From positions 269,557-333,556 of the forward strand of contig CAVVFU010000003.1 of NCBI GenBank assembly GCA_963747575.1: a stretch of DNA of 64,000 nucleotides, read 5' to 3'. A model generated the notes under the pieces. The model was not told the DNA's origin and made no database searches. It was given only the letters and a program-made list of their open reading frames with translations. This stretch comes from an uncultured Gemmataceae bacterium. GTDB taxonomy: Bacteria; Planctomycetota; Planctomycetia; Gemmatales; Gemmataceae. A program made the translations under genes and the position numbers. Below are positions 1 to 10,210 of the stretch, one piece after another (the stretch's first letter is position 1; the number at the start of each line of letters is the position of its first letter).

Positions 1-41
1 CCGGCCCCGTCTGCTGCAACGCGATTATTAGGCCCTTGCCG

Positions 42-677
42 CTACTTGTCCTTATCGGCGCGATCTTTCACGGGGCCAGACTTCTGCATATTCGGCTGCC
101 CGATCCGTGTGAGCGTCTCGGCCATTATTCGGATGACATCGGGAAGCATCATCTTCCATTCCGTGCCGCTTCGCTTCAAAGCGATAACCTCAACTTTTGT
201 CATCTCGGCTCCGTCGAATTTCCAGCGTGTGCGGACCACGACGTAGGCTTGGTCATCGCCTTCATGCACTGTGCCGATGATCTTTTCATCGACGTTGAGA
301 GGGCTCGGGATCCCTTTACGAAGGGATGCCATTCCCTTCATGGAGCTAACGAAGAATTCCTTCGGCTTCAGGGCAATGACCGATTTGAAATCAGCGGCCT
401 TATCAAAGGCGGGCAGCCAGTCGGCTTGCTTTTCCGGCCCTTCCTTGGCGGCGGCAGTCAAGAGCGGTTGCCACATTTTCTTGTATTCTTCAAGGCTCTC
501 GGGGTGCATAACATCGGCGTACCTCCTCCAGTCCCCCTTTCTGGCTGCCTCCATGCCGTCTGCGACAACCTTTTCGATGGCGGCGTCAGCGCGTTGCGCA
601 TTTGCATCTCCCGCTCGGCACAGCGTCGAAAAGACCGGGAGCAGAAACACCACCGTGAACAGCCACTTTGTCATCAC
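42..677 (-). CDS. hypothetical secreted protein (N-terminal signal peptide)
   Basis: 211-aa ORF starting MMTKWLFTVVFLLPVFSTLCRAG (hydrophobic signal-like N-terminus); lower-GC region; opposite-strand ORF 36..755 looks like antisense noise. Confidence 0.55.
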   Translation of the reverse strand: MMTKWLFTVVFLLPVFSTLCRAGDANAQRADAAIEKVVADGMEAARKGDWRRYADVMHPESLEEYKKMWQPLLTAAAKEGPEKQADWLPAFDKAADFKSVIALKPKEFFVSSMKGMASLRKGIPSPLNVDEKIIGTVHEGDDQAYVVVRTRWKFDGAEMTKVEVIALKRSGTEWKMMLPDVIRIMAETLTRIGQPNMQKSGPVKDRADKDK

Positions 678-792
678 CGTCCTCCTTTGTTTGAAGCCAA
701 TCGCCGGCGCTCAAAGGCGGCGGTCTGCTTAGCGAAAACTCGCGGAAACAGATAATAGGGCCGCTTCTGCTGCAGCGTTTGGTTCGGCGGCC

Positions 793-1560
793 TTACTTGG
801 CAGCGAATTCCACCGGCGCGTACGACTCAAGGAATGCGCAGCCCGAGCAGCGGAAGGTGCCCACAGGAACGGTCTGTTCGGTAGGCGCTTTCGTCCCGGT
901 CCAGGGGGACTTCTTCGGTGCGCCCTTCAACCCAGCTGCTGACCATGCGCCGTGCCAGGTTGAAATCGACGATGAACCCCTGGACCATTTCGCTGTTGCA
1001 CTTCGGGGTCGAGGCTGTTTTTCTCGCTCGCGCTCGTCCGCCCTGGTGCTGACGTTGGGAGTCTCCACTCCAAGGGCAGTTGCCAGGGCGATTTGATGGT
1101 CTTGTTCTTGCACCAGAATGTCCCGGATGTGTTCGGCCAGCGCATACTCGCCCAATGTTTCGCATTCGCGTACGCGCAGGCGATAGTTCCGGATCGTCTC
1201 ATTTTCGTTGTCCAGGTCGAACCGAAGCATGTCTTCTGCTTTCTCGGAAGTCTTCACGGGCTTCGGCATCACCTTCGGCATCCCACCCAGATAGTCGATT
1301 TGTTTGGCGAGAATCAGAGCGTGCTGAAGCTCTTCCCCGGCATGTTTTTCCAGCTCCGCGGCGATGTTCATGTACTGCGCGCCCTTCATCACCTGCGAAT
1401 AGACCACGTAGGAAATGATGGCCTGGTATTCCCGGGCGAGGTCTTCGTTGAGCAGATCAACGAGAGCTTCTCGTGTCACCGCGGAGTTGTTGGCGGACTC
1501 TGAATGTTGAATCGCCACGTCGTTAGCTTGCGCATGCGGCATCGTCTTTAGCGTCGGCAT
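793..1560 (-). CDS. bacterioferritin-like ferritin-domain protein with C-terminal extension
   Basis: N-terminal ~160 aa show ferritin/bacterioferritin pattern (LNEDLAREYQAI..Y, EELQHA diiron-type EExxH); C-terminal ~90 aa unusual (CSGC), end uncertain. Confidence 0.55.
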   Translation of the reverse strand: MPTLKTMPHAQANDVAIQHSESANNSAVTREALVDLLNEDLAREYQAIISYVVYSQVMKGAQYMNIAAELEKHAGEELQHALILAKQIDYLGGMPKVMPKPVKTSEKAEDMLRFDLDNENETIRNYRLRVRECETLGEYALAEHIRDILVQEQDHQIALATALGVETPNVSTRADEREREKQPRPRSATAKWSRGSSSISTWHGAWSAAGLKGAPKKSPWTGTKAPTEQTVPVGTFRCSGCAFLESYAPVEFAAK

Positions 1561-1774
1561 GGTACAACCCTCCGTTAAGTTCTCAAGTGGAGCGACTTTG
1601 GCCGAGAACCCGATTCCCGGCTAAATTCGCCTTGTCTTTTCCCTGTCAGATCGCAACGGCGGCTTCCTCGGCCTGTTTGCCTTGGACCGTCGTTGTTTTC
1701 GCTTTGGTCTGATCCAGCAGCTCCTTTTCGCCCTCCTATGTTTCCGTCTTACCGCACACTTCAGTCACGTCGGC

Positions 1775-2188
1775 CTAACCATTAACGAGTCTCCCAGAAG
1801 AGCCGGGCTTACGTTCCATGTCGCTTTGGTGCCTCCGCAGTGCCGCCTCAGCTTCCCTCGCTTTGTCGTACTCAGCGTCGGCGCCAGGCAACGGCGCGTC
1901 GTCCTCCAGGGCGGCTGCAGCCAGTTGCAGAATTAGCTGGCGGCGCGCAGCCAGCAACTCCTGGGTCGAGTCGCCGGCAGCCTCGGGCCGGCGCAATTGC
2001 TCTTCAACGGCGCTGATCCTCGCCCCCAGCTCGCCGTCATCAATACCTGCCGCATACATGCGCTCGCCCAAGGCTGCCTTGGCCTGGACGAAGGCATAGT
2101 TCAACCGACGATTGCGCCACAGGTTCATGACGTGGATCGCTAGCCGGAGAGGCTTGCTCAGAGTAGCCATTGCAGTCAGCATAATCAT
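1775..2188 (-). CDS. hypothetical protein (Ala/Glu-rich, coiled-coil-like)
   Basis: ORF only; no recognisable family. Confidence 0.3.
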   Translation of the reverse strand: MIMLTAMATLSKPLRLAIHVMNLWRNRRLNYAFVQAKAALGERMYAAGIDDGELGARISAVEEQLRRPEAAGDSTQELLAARRQLILQLAAAALEDDAPLPGADAEYDKAREAEAALRRHQSDMERKPGSSGRLVNG

Positions 2189-2374
2189 CTCCCAAACGAA
2201 AAAAGCCGACCGGGCGGAACACCTGCAATGGTGCTCCACCCGGTCGGCTTACTCGTCAACCGGCCCCCGCCTCACGGCGGTTGCCGTTCGTTTAGTCTTC
2301 CGACATTCCTAGCTGTCTCTATTAGCATACGTCTCTTGCTTCCGGAGGCAAGGTTTCGCGGCAGAGCAAGGCTT

Positions 2375-2749
2375 TCATTTCTTCGCGTGGTGGCACACGG
2401 GCGGCTCGGCCAGGGTGAAGACAATGAACGCTTCACCGGTCACCGTGCTGATGTCGTGGTGCAGGCTCACCACTTTGACACCCGTGACCTCCTGGACGGC
2501 CGCTAGCAGGAGCGGCCTTGCTGTTTCTATCAGCTGGGTCCGCACTTGTTTGAGCAAGTCCCTCCCCTTCGAAGAGGGGATTTTGGCAAGTTGCTGTTCG
2601 GCGGCTGTCAGCAAGCCCTGAAGCCGAACGACGACGAAATCGCCGAGCAAGTAGGCGTGAATGGCCTTCGGGCCTCGGCCCCTGCATTCCTGCTCAAAGC
2701 GACTGATCCCTGCACAGATCGCAGCCTCGATTTCGCCTTGGGTTTTCAT
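2375..2749 (-). CDS. DUF2294 family protein
   Basis: MKTQGEIEAAICAGISRFEQECRGRGPK..VVVRLQGLLTAAEQQL matches DUF2294 consensus; overlaps upstream HK stop by 4 nt (operon). Confidence 0.65.
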   Translation of the reverse strand: MKTQGEIEAAICAGISRFEQECRGRGPKAIHAYLLGDFVVVRLQGLLTAAEQQLAKIPSSKGRDLLKQVRTQLIETARPLLLAAVQEVTGVKVVSLHHDISTVTGEAFIVFTLAEPPVCHHAKK

Positions 2750-4302
2750 CGCGGTTGCAACTCCGAGACTGTCGCCAAGATTTGCAGCAGCTTCCCGAAA
2801 TCGCCCGGCTTGACCAGGTGGTGATCGAACCCCGCCGCCTTCGAGTGCTGGCGGTCGCTCGCCTGTCCATAGCCAGTCATGGCCACCAGCACGACGTCCT
2901 TGAGCGTGGGTTGCTGACGAAGCCGCTTCGCCAACTCAAAGCCATTGAGTCCCGGCAAACCGATGTCCAGCAGCACTACATTCGGCCGGTAATCGAGGGC
3001 TACTTCCAGCACCGCGGAGCCGTCATAAGCCGTCCGAACGTCATGGCCTGATTCTTGCACCAGCATTGCCAGGGTGGTCACTGTATCGACATTGTCATCC
3101 ACCACCATTACCCGCAAAGATGAAGGATGAGGGATCAGGGATGAATCGGTCGGAGAAATGCTCGATTCATCCTTCATCCTTCCGCCTTCATCCTTGGCAA
3201 GAGGCAAACGCACGACGAACTCGCTGCCGTGCCCCAATACGCTGGAAGCCGTCACTGTGCCCCCGTGCATTTCCACCAGCCGTTGCACCAATGCCAGTCC
3301 GATGCCCAAGCCACCTTGTGCACGGTCCAATGACCGTTCCGCCTGCGTGAACAGGTCGAAAATGCGGGGCAGGATTTCGGGGGCGATGCCGATGCCCGTG
3401 TCTCGCACGCGCAGCACCGCCACCTCGCCCTCGCGCTGGACAGTCAGCCAGATATGCCCACCTTGGTCGGTGTATTTGGCGGCATTGGTAAGCAGGTTCA
3501 CCACCACCTGTTCCAACCGGGCGGCGTCGGCGTGCAGCCAGTTTATTTGTGCCGGCAATGACATCGTGAGTTCATGCTTGCGCTGGTCGATCAGCGCCCG
3601 GACAGTCGCCACCGCATGTTCCACGACGGCGCACAGGGCGATCCGCTCTTTGTGAAGCTGAATCCTCCCAGTGGTAATGCGCGAGACTTCGAGCAGGTCA
3701 TCAACGATCCGCGCCAGTTGGCCCACCTGACGCTCAATGATGGCGGCGGATTGCTGGAGCACCGGGTTCTCGATGCCGTGCAGACGATTCCGATTGCTGT
3801 GCAGACGCAGCAGCAGAGCGGCATTGAGGATGGGTGCGAGGGGGTTGCGCAATTCATGGCTGAGCATCGCCAGGAATTCATCCTTGCGGCGGTCCAGGTC
3901 GGCCAAAGCCGCCGCCTGCTCCTGGGTCAGACGCTGCAAGCGGCTGCGTTCGGTGATGTCGCGGATGTTGCATTGAACGACCTGGTGATGGTTCTCCGCG
4001 TAGACATTGCTGACGAACTCGACTTCGACCTTTTGCCCATTTCTGCTTTCCAGGGGCAAATTCTCGTAGCGGACGTAACCTTTCTCTTGCAGATCCCGGT
4101 AAGCGGCCCGGCTCTCGTTGATGTCGCGGAACAGGCCGATCTCCCACAATTCCTTGCCAAGGAACTCGTCATGGTCATAGCCCAGCAACTCGCTCATGAA
4201 CGGGTTGGCTTCGATTACCTTCCCCGTGCCGGCGTCGAGGATCAGGATGCCGTCCTTGGCCGATTGGAACAGCCGCCGATAGCGGACTTCGGAGTTCCGC
4301 AT
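2746..4302 (-). CDS. hybrid sensor histidine kinase / response regulator (PAS-HisKA-HATPase_c-REC)
   Basis: PAS N-terminus, H-box HELRNPL, HATPase_c G-boxes (DTGIGI, GGLGIGL), C-terminal receiver VMVVDDNVD..LLDIGLPGLNG. Confidence 0.85.
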   Translation of the reverse strand: MRNSEVRYRRLFQSAKDGILILDAGTGKVIEANPFMSELLGYDHDEFLGKELWEIGLFRDINESRAAYRDLQEKGYVRYENLPLESRNGQKVEVEFVSNVYAENHHQVVQCNIRDITERSRLQRLTQEQAAALADLDRRKDEFLAMLSHELRNPLAPILNAALLLRLHSNRNRLHGIENPVLQQSAAIIERQVGQLARIVDDLLEVSRITTGRIQLHKERIALCAVVEHAVATVRALIDQRKHELTMSLPAQINWLHADAARLEQVVVNLLTNAAKYTDQGGHIWLTVQREGEVAVLRVRDTGIGIAPEILPRIFDLFTQAERSLDRAQGGLGIGLALVQRLVEMHGGTVTASSVLGHGSEFVVRLPLAKDEGGRMKDESSISPTDSSLIPHPSSLRVMVVDDNVDTVTTLAMLVQESGHDVRTAYDGSAVLEVALDYRPNVVLLDIGLPGLNGFELAKRLRQQPTLKDVVLVAMTGYGQASDRQHSKAAGFDHHLVKPGDFGKLLQILATVSELQPR

Positions 4303-4685
4303 GGCGACTTCCGCGCTCTGCGCTCGGTAATGTCCTCAATGGCAAGGAGGACCAAATGCGGGTCGTCGCTCTCGGGTGGGAACCTGCGGGCATTGAGCAG
4401 CATGTTCCGTCGTCCAAGGTCGGGGAAGGCGTGGTCAACCTCGAAGTCTTCAACGGGATGGCTGTTGGCCAAAACTTGGAGCAGCAACGTCCGCAGTGCA
4501 GGGATGTCCCATTGACCGTTACCCAGGTCGTAGACGAAGCGGCCCTCCGTATCTTCTTTCGAGGCGTGGAAGTCCCGGTAGAAGGCGGCATTTGCAGTGC
4601 GCACCCGCAGGCTCTTGTCGAGGACCACGAACGGCTCTCGCAAGGTCGCAATGATGTTCTCGGCGTAGGCAAGCGCAAGCTGCAC
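4242..4685 (-). CDS. PAS domain protein (possibly N-terminal part of the downstream kinase separated by a frameshift)
   Basis: PAS-like sequence ending LLAIEDITERR; overlaps HK ORF by 61 nt in a different frame. Confidence 0.5.
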   Translation of the reverse strand: MQLALAYAENIIATLREPFVVLDKSLRVRTANAAFYRDFHASKEDTEGRFVYDLGNGQWDIPALRTLLLQVLANSHPVEDFEVDHAFPDLGRRNMLLNARRFPPESDDPHLVLLAIEDITERRARKSPCGTPKSAIGGCSNRPRTAS

Positions 4686-4872
4686 ATCCTAGTTTGAAAG
4701 TGGAGGTTCGGTCATAACCTCCCCATCTTTGAGTTCACGATGGCTAGCCTTTAATGTTGAGCCGGTAAGGCGTTTCGTGAGCGGCAAAACCCTCTTTCTG
4801 TCTGCCAGCGTACCGTACTACGGCTTCCTATGGCAAGCATTAATGTTCGTCTGTACGCTCGCCGACAGACTC

Positions 4873-5607
4873 TCAGACCGTGGACTCATGGGAGGATCCG
4901 AACAAGCGCTCGAATTCCTTGGCGATCACCCGGTAGCACTCGCAAGAACCTGCCTTCAGGCCTTCCCGGTCGAGGACGGTGCATTTCCCCCGGTTGTAGC
5001 GGATCATGCCTTCCTCCTGGAAGGGTTCGAGAACCTCGGAGACGGTGGAACGGCGCACGCCGAGCATCTCGGCCAGGAACTCGTGCGTCATCGGGAACAC
5101 GTCCGAATGCGCCCGGTCCTGGGTCATGAGCAGCCAGCGGCAGCAACGCTGGTGAACCGAGTGCAGGCCGTTGCAAGCCACCGCCTGCGATACCTGGACC
5201 AGAAAGGCACAGTGGTAGAGGACCAGCAGCCGGCGCAAGGGGCTGTCCCTGCTGACCTCTTCCAGCAGCACGTCCTTCGGCATGCGCATGGCTTCGCCTG
5301 GAACCTGCACGATCACCCGGTTGGCCGTTGTTTTGGCGCCGACGAGCAGCGGCAGGCCCACCATGCCCTCGTCCCCTATCGTTGCGACCTCGATGGCCCT
5401 GCCGTCTTCCATCACGGTCAGAGCCGAGACGACGCCCCGGTTTGGGAAATAGGCGTGGTCAATAGGCGACCGGGCCTCATAGAGTACGTGCTTGAGCGCC
5501 AGCGGCACGAGTTGCAGGCTTGGGAGGAGACGATGGTACTCGGCCGGGGGCAGCCGGGCCAGCAGCCGGTTGCCGGGCGGCCCAGCAGGCGATTTAGACT
5601 TCGACAT
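4873..5607 (-). CDS. Crp/Fnr family transcriptional regulator
   Basis: cNMP-binding domain plus C-terminal HTH (MLGVRRSTVSEVL); paralog of 5820..6530. Confidence 0.8.
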   Translation of the reverse strand: MSKSKSPAGPPGNRLLARLPPAEYHRLLPSLQLVPLALKHVLYEARSPIDHAYFPNRGVVSALTVMEDGRAIEVATIGDEGMVGLPLLVGAKTTANRVIVQVPGEAMRMPKDVLLEEVSRDSPLRRLLVLYHCAFLVQVSQAVACNGLHSVHQRCCRWLLMTQDRAHSDVFPMTHEFLAEMLGVRRSTVSEVLEPFQEEGMIRYNRGKCTVLDREGLKAGSCECYRVIAKEFERLFGSSHESTV

Positions 5608-5819
5608 GGCTCACCACCCCGTAGCCGTGGTTCGTGTAATGGCCCGTGTGTCTGTCAGCAGACCATTCTATCCTTTTGTCTGCTGGCAGACACACGGCGT
5701 CTGTACGGTTTCCGACATGACAGCAAGAATTTCTTTGCGATAATAGACCCAGAAGAATAAGGGCCGGGGCCTGGCGCAGCGCACCGTCCCCGGTCCCTAC
5801 CGCAACAAGGAAGCGTGCA

Positions 5820-6530
5820 ATGACCAAACTTCGCAGAATTCACGATCCCGGCGAGAACCGGTTGTTAACAGCTTTGCCGAGGGACGAGCATGACCGCTTG
5901 CTGCCCCATTTGGAAAAGGTGTCCTTGGCCTTGAGGGACATCCTCTACGAGGCGCACGGGCCGATTACGCATGTGTTTTTTCCGCTCAGGGGCGTGGTTT
6001 CCCTGGTCATCATGGATAGCGGCTTCACCCTCGAAGTGGGCATCATCGGCAACGAGGGCCTGGTGGGCACTCCGGCCTTCCTGGGAGCCGACAGCAGCCC
6101 CACCAGGGCCATTGTGCAGATTCCAGGCGAGGCCCTGCGGATGGAGGCCAAGGTCTTTCAGACGGAGATGAAGCGGGGTGGCCCGTTGCATGGCCTGGTC
6201 CAGCGCTACACGCAGTCGATGATTAACCAGATATCGCAGTCCATCGTTTGCAACCACCGGCACTCGGTCGAGAAACGCATGTGCCGTTGGCTGCTGATGA
6301 GCCACAACCGCGTGGGGGCCGACGAGTTCCCGCTCACCCATGAGTTCCTGGCTCAGATGCTTGGCGTGCGCCGTCCCACCGTGACCGCCGTGGCGGGCAC
6401 CCTCCACAAGGCGGGGCTGATTAGGTACCACCGGGGCCGCATTACCGTCCTCGACCGCAAGGGGTTGGAAGCGGCTTCCTGCAAATGCTACGAAGTGGTC
6501 GCAAAGGCGCTGGACCGCTTGCTGGGCTGA
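5820..6530 (+). CDS. Crp/Fnr family transcriptional regulator
   Basis: Same architecture and ~50% identity to the divergent neighbour (HEFLAQMLGVRRPTVTAV). Confidence 0.8.
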   Translation: MTKLRRIHDPGENRLLTALPRDEHDRLLPHLEKVSLALRDILYEAHGPITHVFFPLRGVVSLVIMDSGFTLEVGIIGNEGLVGTPAFLGADSSPTRAIVQIPGEALRMEAKVFQTEMKRGGPLHGLVQRYTQSMINQISQSIVCNHRHSVEKRMCRWLLMSHNRVGADEFPLTHEFLAQMLGVRRPTVTAVAGTLHKAGLIRYHRGRITVLDRKGLEAASCKCYEVVAKALDRLLG

Positions 6531-6555
6531 CGCCGATGGCGAGATTCTCTCGTAC

Positions 6556-6587
6556 TCTCGTTCCCAAACTCCTGTTTGGGAACGAGG
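6556..6587. repeat. palindromic REP-like unit CTCGTTCCCAAACTCCTGTTTGGGAACGAG
   Basis: Perfect inverted repeat GTTCCCAAAC/GTTTGGGAAC around a 5-nt loop; same unit recurs four times at 10211..10383. Confidence 0.6.
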
Positions 6588-6602
6588 GGAGGAAGGAACG
6601 TG

Positions 6603-7154
6603 ATGCGCACCGAAAAAGAAAAAATGCTGGCCGGCGAACTCTACGATCCCCTGGACGCGGAGTTGGTTCAAGCCAGACGGCGTGCCCGAGACTTGTGCCA
6701 GACGCTGAATGCAAGCGGTGAGAAAGACCAGGACGTGCGCCGCCAAATCCTGAAGGAACTTTTCGCCAAGGGTGGGGATACTGTATGGATGCAGCCGCCG
6801 TTCTTTTGCGATTACGGGTCGAATATTTCGTTGGGGGAGCGTGTCTACTTCAACTTCAACTGCGTCATCCTGGACGTGTGCTTGGTGAAGATCGGCAGCT
6901 TCACGCTGTTTGGCCCCGCGGTGCAAATCTACACCGCCGCGCACCCGATGAGCGCCGAGCTACGTCGGCAGCAAGAATTCGGCAAGCCGATCGAAATCGG
7001 CTCCGATGTGTGGGTCGGGGGCGGAGCGATCATTTGTCCCGGAGTGGTCATCGGGTCAAAAACCGTTATCGGGGCTGGCAGCGTGGTCACGAGGGACATC
7101 CCGGAGGGGGTGCTCGCGGCGGGGAATCCGTGCCGGGTCATCAGGGAGATTTGA
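6603..7154 (+). CDS. maltose/galactoside O-acetyltransferase (hexapeptide-repeat family)
   Basis: LacA/Maa-like N-terminus (MLAGELYDP..DLCQTLN) and left-handed beta-helix hexapeptide repeats (IGSDVWVGGGAIICPGVVIGSKTVIGAGSVV). Confidence 0.8.
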   Translation: MRTEKEKMLAGELYDPLDAELVQARRRARDLCQTLNASGEKDQDVRRQILKELFAKGGDTVWMQPPFFCDYGSNISLGERVYFNFNCVILDVCLVKIGSFTLFGPAVQIYTAAHPMSAELRRQQEFGKPIEIGSDVWVGGGAIICPGVVIGSKTVIGAGSVVTRDIPEGVLAAGNPCRVIREI

Positions 7155-9787
7155 TAGTCTGCCTGCGCACCAGCGCTGCTCGCGCGCAGCTGGGTAACCC
7201 GTGCTTCAGGAGCGCCGTTGGCAATTGTGCCGAGCAATTCGAATGCCTCGGCAGTGCCGATCCACTCCAATGCGGCAATCGCCCTTACGCGCTGCAATTG
7301 CTCAGGCGTAAGCTTGGCGTTGTCGGATTTATCGAGCAGCAACTCCGCTCGTTGCCGAGTTTCCAGCGAAGGATTGCCGGCCAGGACATCGCGGAGCCTC
7401 AGTTCAGGCAATTCGCCTAATTTCTCCAGGTCAAGCATGGCTTTTTGCCGTTCCTTGTAAACAGGACTGTCCAAGCTGTTGATCAGCAGCGCAATGCGTT
7501 CACCGTCAACGGGCGGCGCCGGCTTAAGATGCGCACCAATACACTTGATAGCTTCGCTGGGGTGAGCGACCAGCTCGACCATCGATTCCCGAGCTTGAGC
7601 AGTTGGCCCGGTTAATTTGTCCCACCAGTCTTTTACTTGCGTTTCGGCGGGCTTCGAATTGGACGATTTGAAAGCGGGGGGCTGCACGTTATTCCAGACG
7701 ACGAGGGTGTGATCGAGGCTACCTGACGCTAGCAGCTTTCCGTCCGGCGAAAAGGCGACACAGCTGACGGAGTTGATATGGCCGTTGAAGGTACGAATCG
7801 ATTCGCCAGTCACCATGTCCCAAAGCGTGACGCGGCTGTCAATGGAGTGATTGTGAAAGGTCACCGTGTTGCCGTGACCCGCCGCAAGAATGCGGCCGGT
7901 GGGTGAAAACGCCAGGGCATGCACTTTCGTTTTGGGAAATATGTGTAATTCCTGGCCCGTACAACGTTCCCAAACACGAAGGGTGTCGTCGGCATACATC
8001 GTGCCGCGCAAGGTCAGTGACCCGCGGCTGTGGCTGGCTGAGACCAATCGCGCGTCGGAGGAGAGGGCCGCTGTCCAGCAGACGATCTGGTCGCGGTTTT
8101 TCTCGCCGTTGCGCATTTCCACAGTCTGCGACTCCTTGCGCCGGGCATTTTCCACAAGCGCAGCTTCTCGTTGGAAAGATCGTTACGGACTTCGCCATTC
8201 ACGGAGAGCGCGAGTTTTCCGTCGTTGCTGAGGGAAAAGACGGTCCCGTCAGGGCCAAGCGCAGCGGACACGGATTTGGGGATGCCGGTCAGGTTCCACA
8301 CCTGCAGCACGGCGGTACGGCCGCCGACAGTTAGAATCTGCCCATCATTTGAAAAGAGAAGTGCGGCCGCGCCGCCGGCAGGGCCATCAAGGCTAGCGAT
8401 TTCATTGCGGTTGGCCGTGTCCCAAAGGCGAATGACGCCATCCAGACTCGACGAGGCCAGCACTTTGCCGTCGGGAGCAAAGGCGACTGCGGTGATTGCT
8501 GTCTTGTGGCCGTCCAAGCTTTCCAATTGCTTGCCGCTTAATGGGTCCCAAAGTCGCACGGACGCGTCCTTGCCCCCCGACGCCAACACTTTGCCGTCGG
8601 GCCGGAATGCAACAGCAGTCACAGCGTCCATGTGACCGCTATTGCGATTGATCGGCTCCGCGGTGGCGACATTCCAGAGGATAACCGAACCGTCGAGATT
8701 GAATTCTCCAGCCAAAGTCGCCAGTATTTTGCCGTCGGCGGATAGCGCCCCGAAACGCTGTTTAATGTCATGGAGACCCTCGAAACGCCGCAGGCAGCTT
8801 GCCGGTGGCTACATCCCACAAACAGGGCGACTCTCTGCCCTGGAAATCGACCGTGATCAACTCCTTGCTGTCAGGAGTGAACTGCAGGATGTAGCCGCGC
8901 GGGGTGAAGGTGGAGAGTGTTTGACCTGTGCTTAAGCGCTTGACAGCGACTTCTCCAACATTTGGAGCTTGAATGGCAATCGTGTCAAAGTCGGGCGCAT
9001 TCGCAAACCCATATGAATCCATGCTGATTTCATGCAGCATCTTGCCGGTGGTCAGGTCCCAAACACACAAGGAGCCCTCCGTGGCCTCTCGCCCTTTAGC
9101 CTTGGATTGGCTCGACACTGTGGAGGTGACGCTAATCAGACGCTTGCCATCCGCGCTGAATTCGCACCTTCGAAGGCTGCCGCTCTGACCCGACAAAGCG
9201 ATTCGCTCGCCGCCGGTAGCGATTTCCTTGATGTGAATGACTGGATGCCAGGCCGTTTCATCCGAGTTGATCGCGAGCATTTTGCCGTCCGCCGACACGG
9301 CAAAAGCAAAGGAATGGCGGGCTTGAGTCGTAGTGAATACGCGCAGTTTCTTGCCGGATTTCCAATCGTACAGCTCGACGGTGTCACGGCGACCCACATA
9401 AATAGTTTTACCATTGGGCGCAAAAGTCAGGCCATTTAGCTCGAATTCTTGTAAATCCAAGCGACCAACCTCCTTGCCCGTATCCGTTTCCCAAAATCGC
9501 AACGATAGCCCGCCGTTGCCGTTGCCAACGCCGGCCGCGACGCCATCGCCAAACCCAGCCGCGACTAATGTTTTTCCGTCCGGTGAAAACGCAGCGGCAA
9601 TCACGCCGCCCTGGTGATGAAAACGGACCGAACCCATCCGGGCGACGGCTCCTTCAGGCAGCAGGTCGCCGTATTGATCGACCGGCCGTGCCTGGTCCGT
9701 TGCTACTGGTCCTGCATTAGGCGTTGACGGAAACGTGGGAAGCAGAGGCAAGCACACCGCCATCAAAAACACGTATCGCCGCGGCAT
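6929..9787 (-). CDS. large secreted WD40-repeat beta-propeller protein, interrupted by at least two frameshifts (ORF pieces 8768..9787, 8014..8715, 6929..8155)
   Basis: Signal peptide MPRRYVFLMAVCLPLLP; WD40 repeats continue across three consecutive ORFs in different frames (..RLWD, ..LWDT, ..VWNN); 3' tail overlaps the convergent acetyltransferase by ~225 nt, suggesting a further frame error near 7150-7250. Confidence 0.5.
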
Positions 9788-9994
9788 GACGTTTTCCCCT
9801 TTGCTGGTGTTCGGGGTAGGCGGCTAGGCAGCATGCTCTGAAAAAGGGCGTGCTTCCTGTCCAATAATTGAAAATCCCGCCCACTGCATGCCACCATTGT
9901 ATGCTTCGGGCACTGCTGCGCTTCGCGTCTAGTCGCGTAATTGCTAAAATGCCACGACAGGTATGAGCAGTTGATCCATTAATGGAACGACGCC

Positions 9995-10210
9995 ATGAAA
10001 ACAGTGAACATCTTGCAAACGGCCGCTGGTCAAGCAGTGTCGCTGCCGGAGGAATTCCGGTTCAGCACCGCCATGGTGTCCATTCGCCGGGAGGGGGATG
10101 CCGTCATTCTGGAACCCATCAAACCGCAACAGTGGCCTGTAGGGTTTTTTGAAAGCATCCGCATCGACGATCCAGCGTTTACCCGCCCAGGTCAGGGCTC
10201 ACTTGCCTGA
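9995..10210 (+). CDS. AbrB/MazE-fold antitoxin (VapB/VagC-like), no cognate toxin present
   Basis: MKTVNILQTAAGQAVSLPEEFRF..REGDAVILEPIKPQQW is typical VagC/VapB; gene abuts the composite palindromic element instead of a PIN toxin. Confidence 0.65.
   Translation: MKTVNILQTAAGQAVSLPEEFRFSTAMVSIRREGDAVILEPIKPQQWPVGFFESIRIDDPAFTRPGQGSLA

Noticed and set aside
36-755. 239-aa plus-strand ORF at window start
   Set aside because: Overlaps almost completely the minus-strand ORF that has a convincing signal peptide; judged to be the antisense frame.
4175-4687. 170-aa minus-strand ORF
   Set aside because: Third frame overlapping both the PAS ORF and the kinase start; Ser/Thr/Arg-rich, no domain signal.
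5865-6944. 359-aa minus-strand ORF
   Set aside because: Lies antisense to the well-supported Crp/Fnr gene 5820..6530; Arg/Ala/Gly-rich low-complexity translation typical of GC-rich antisense frames.
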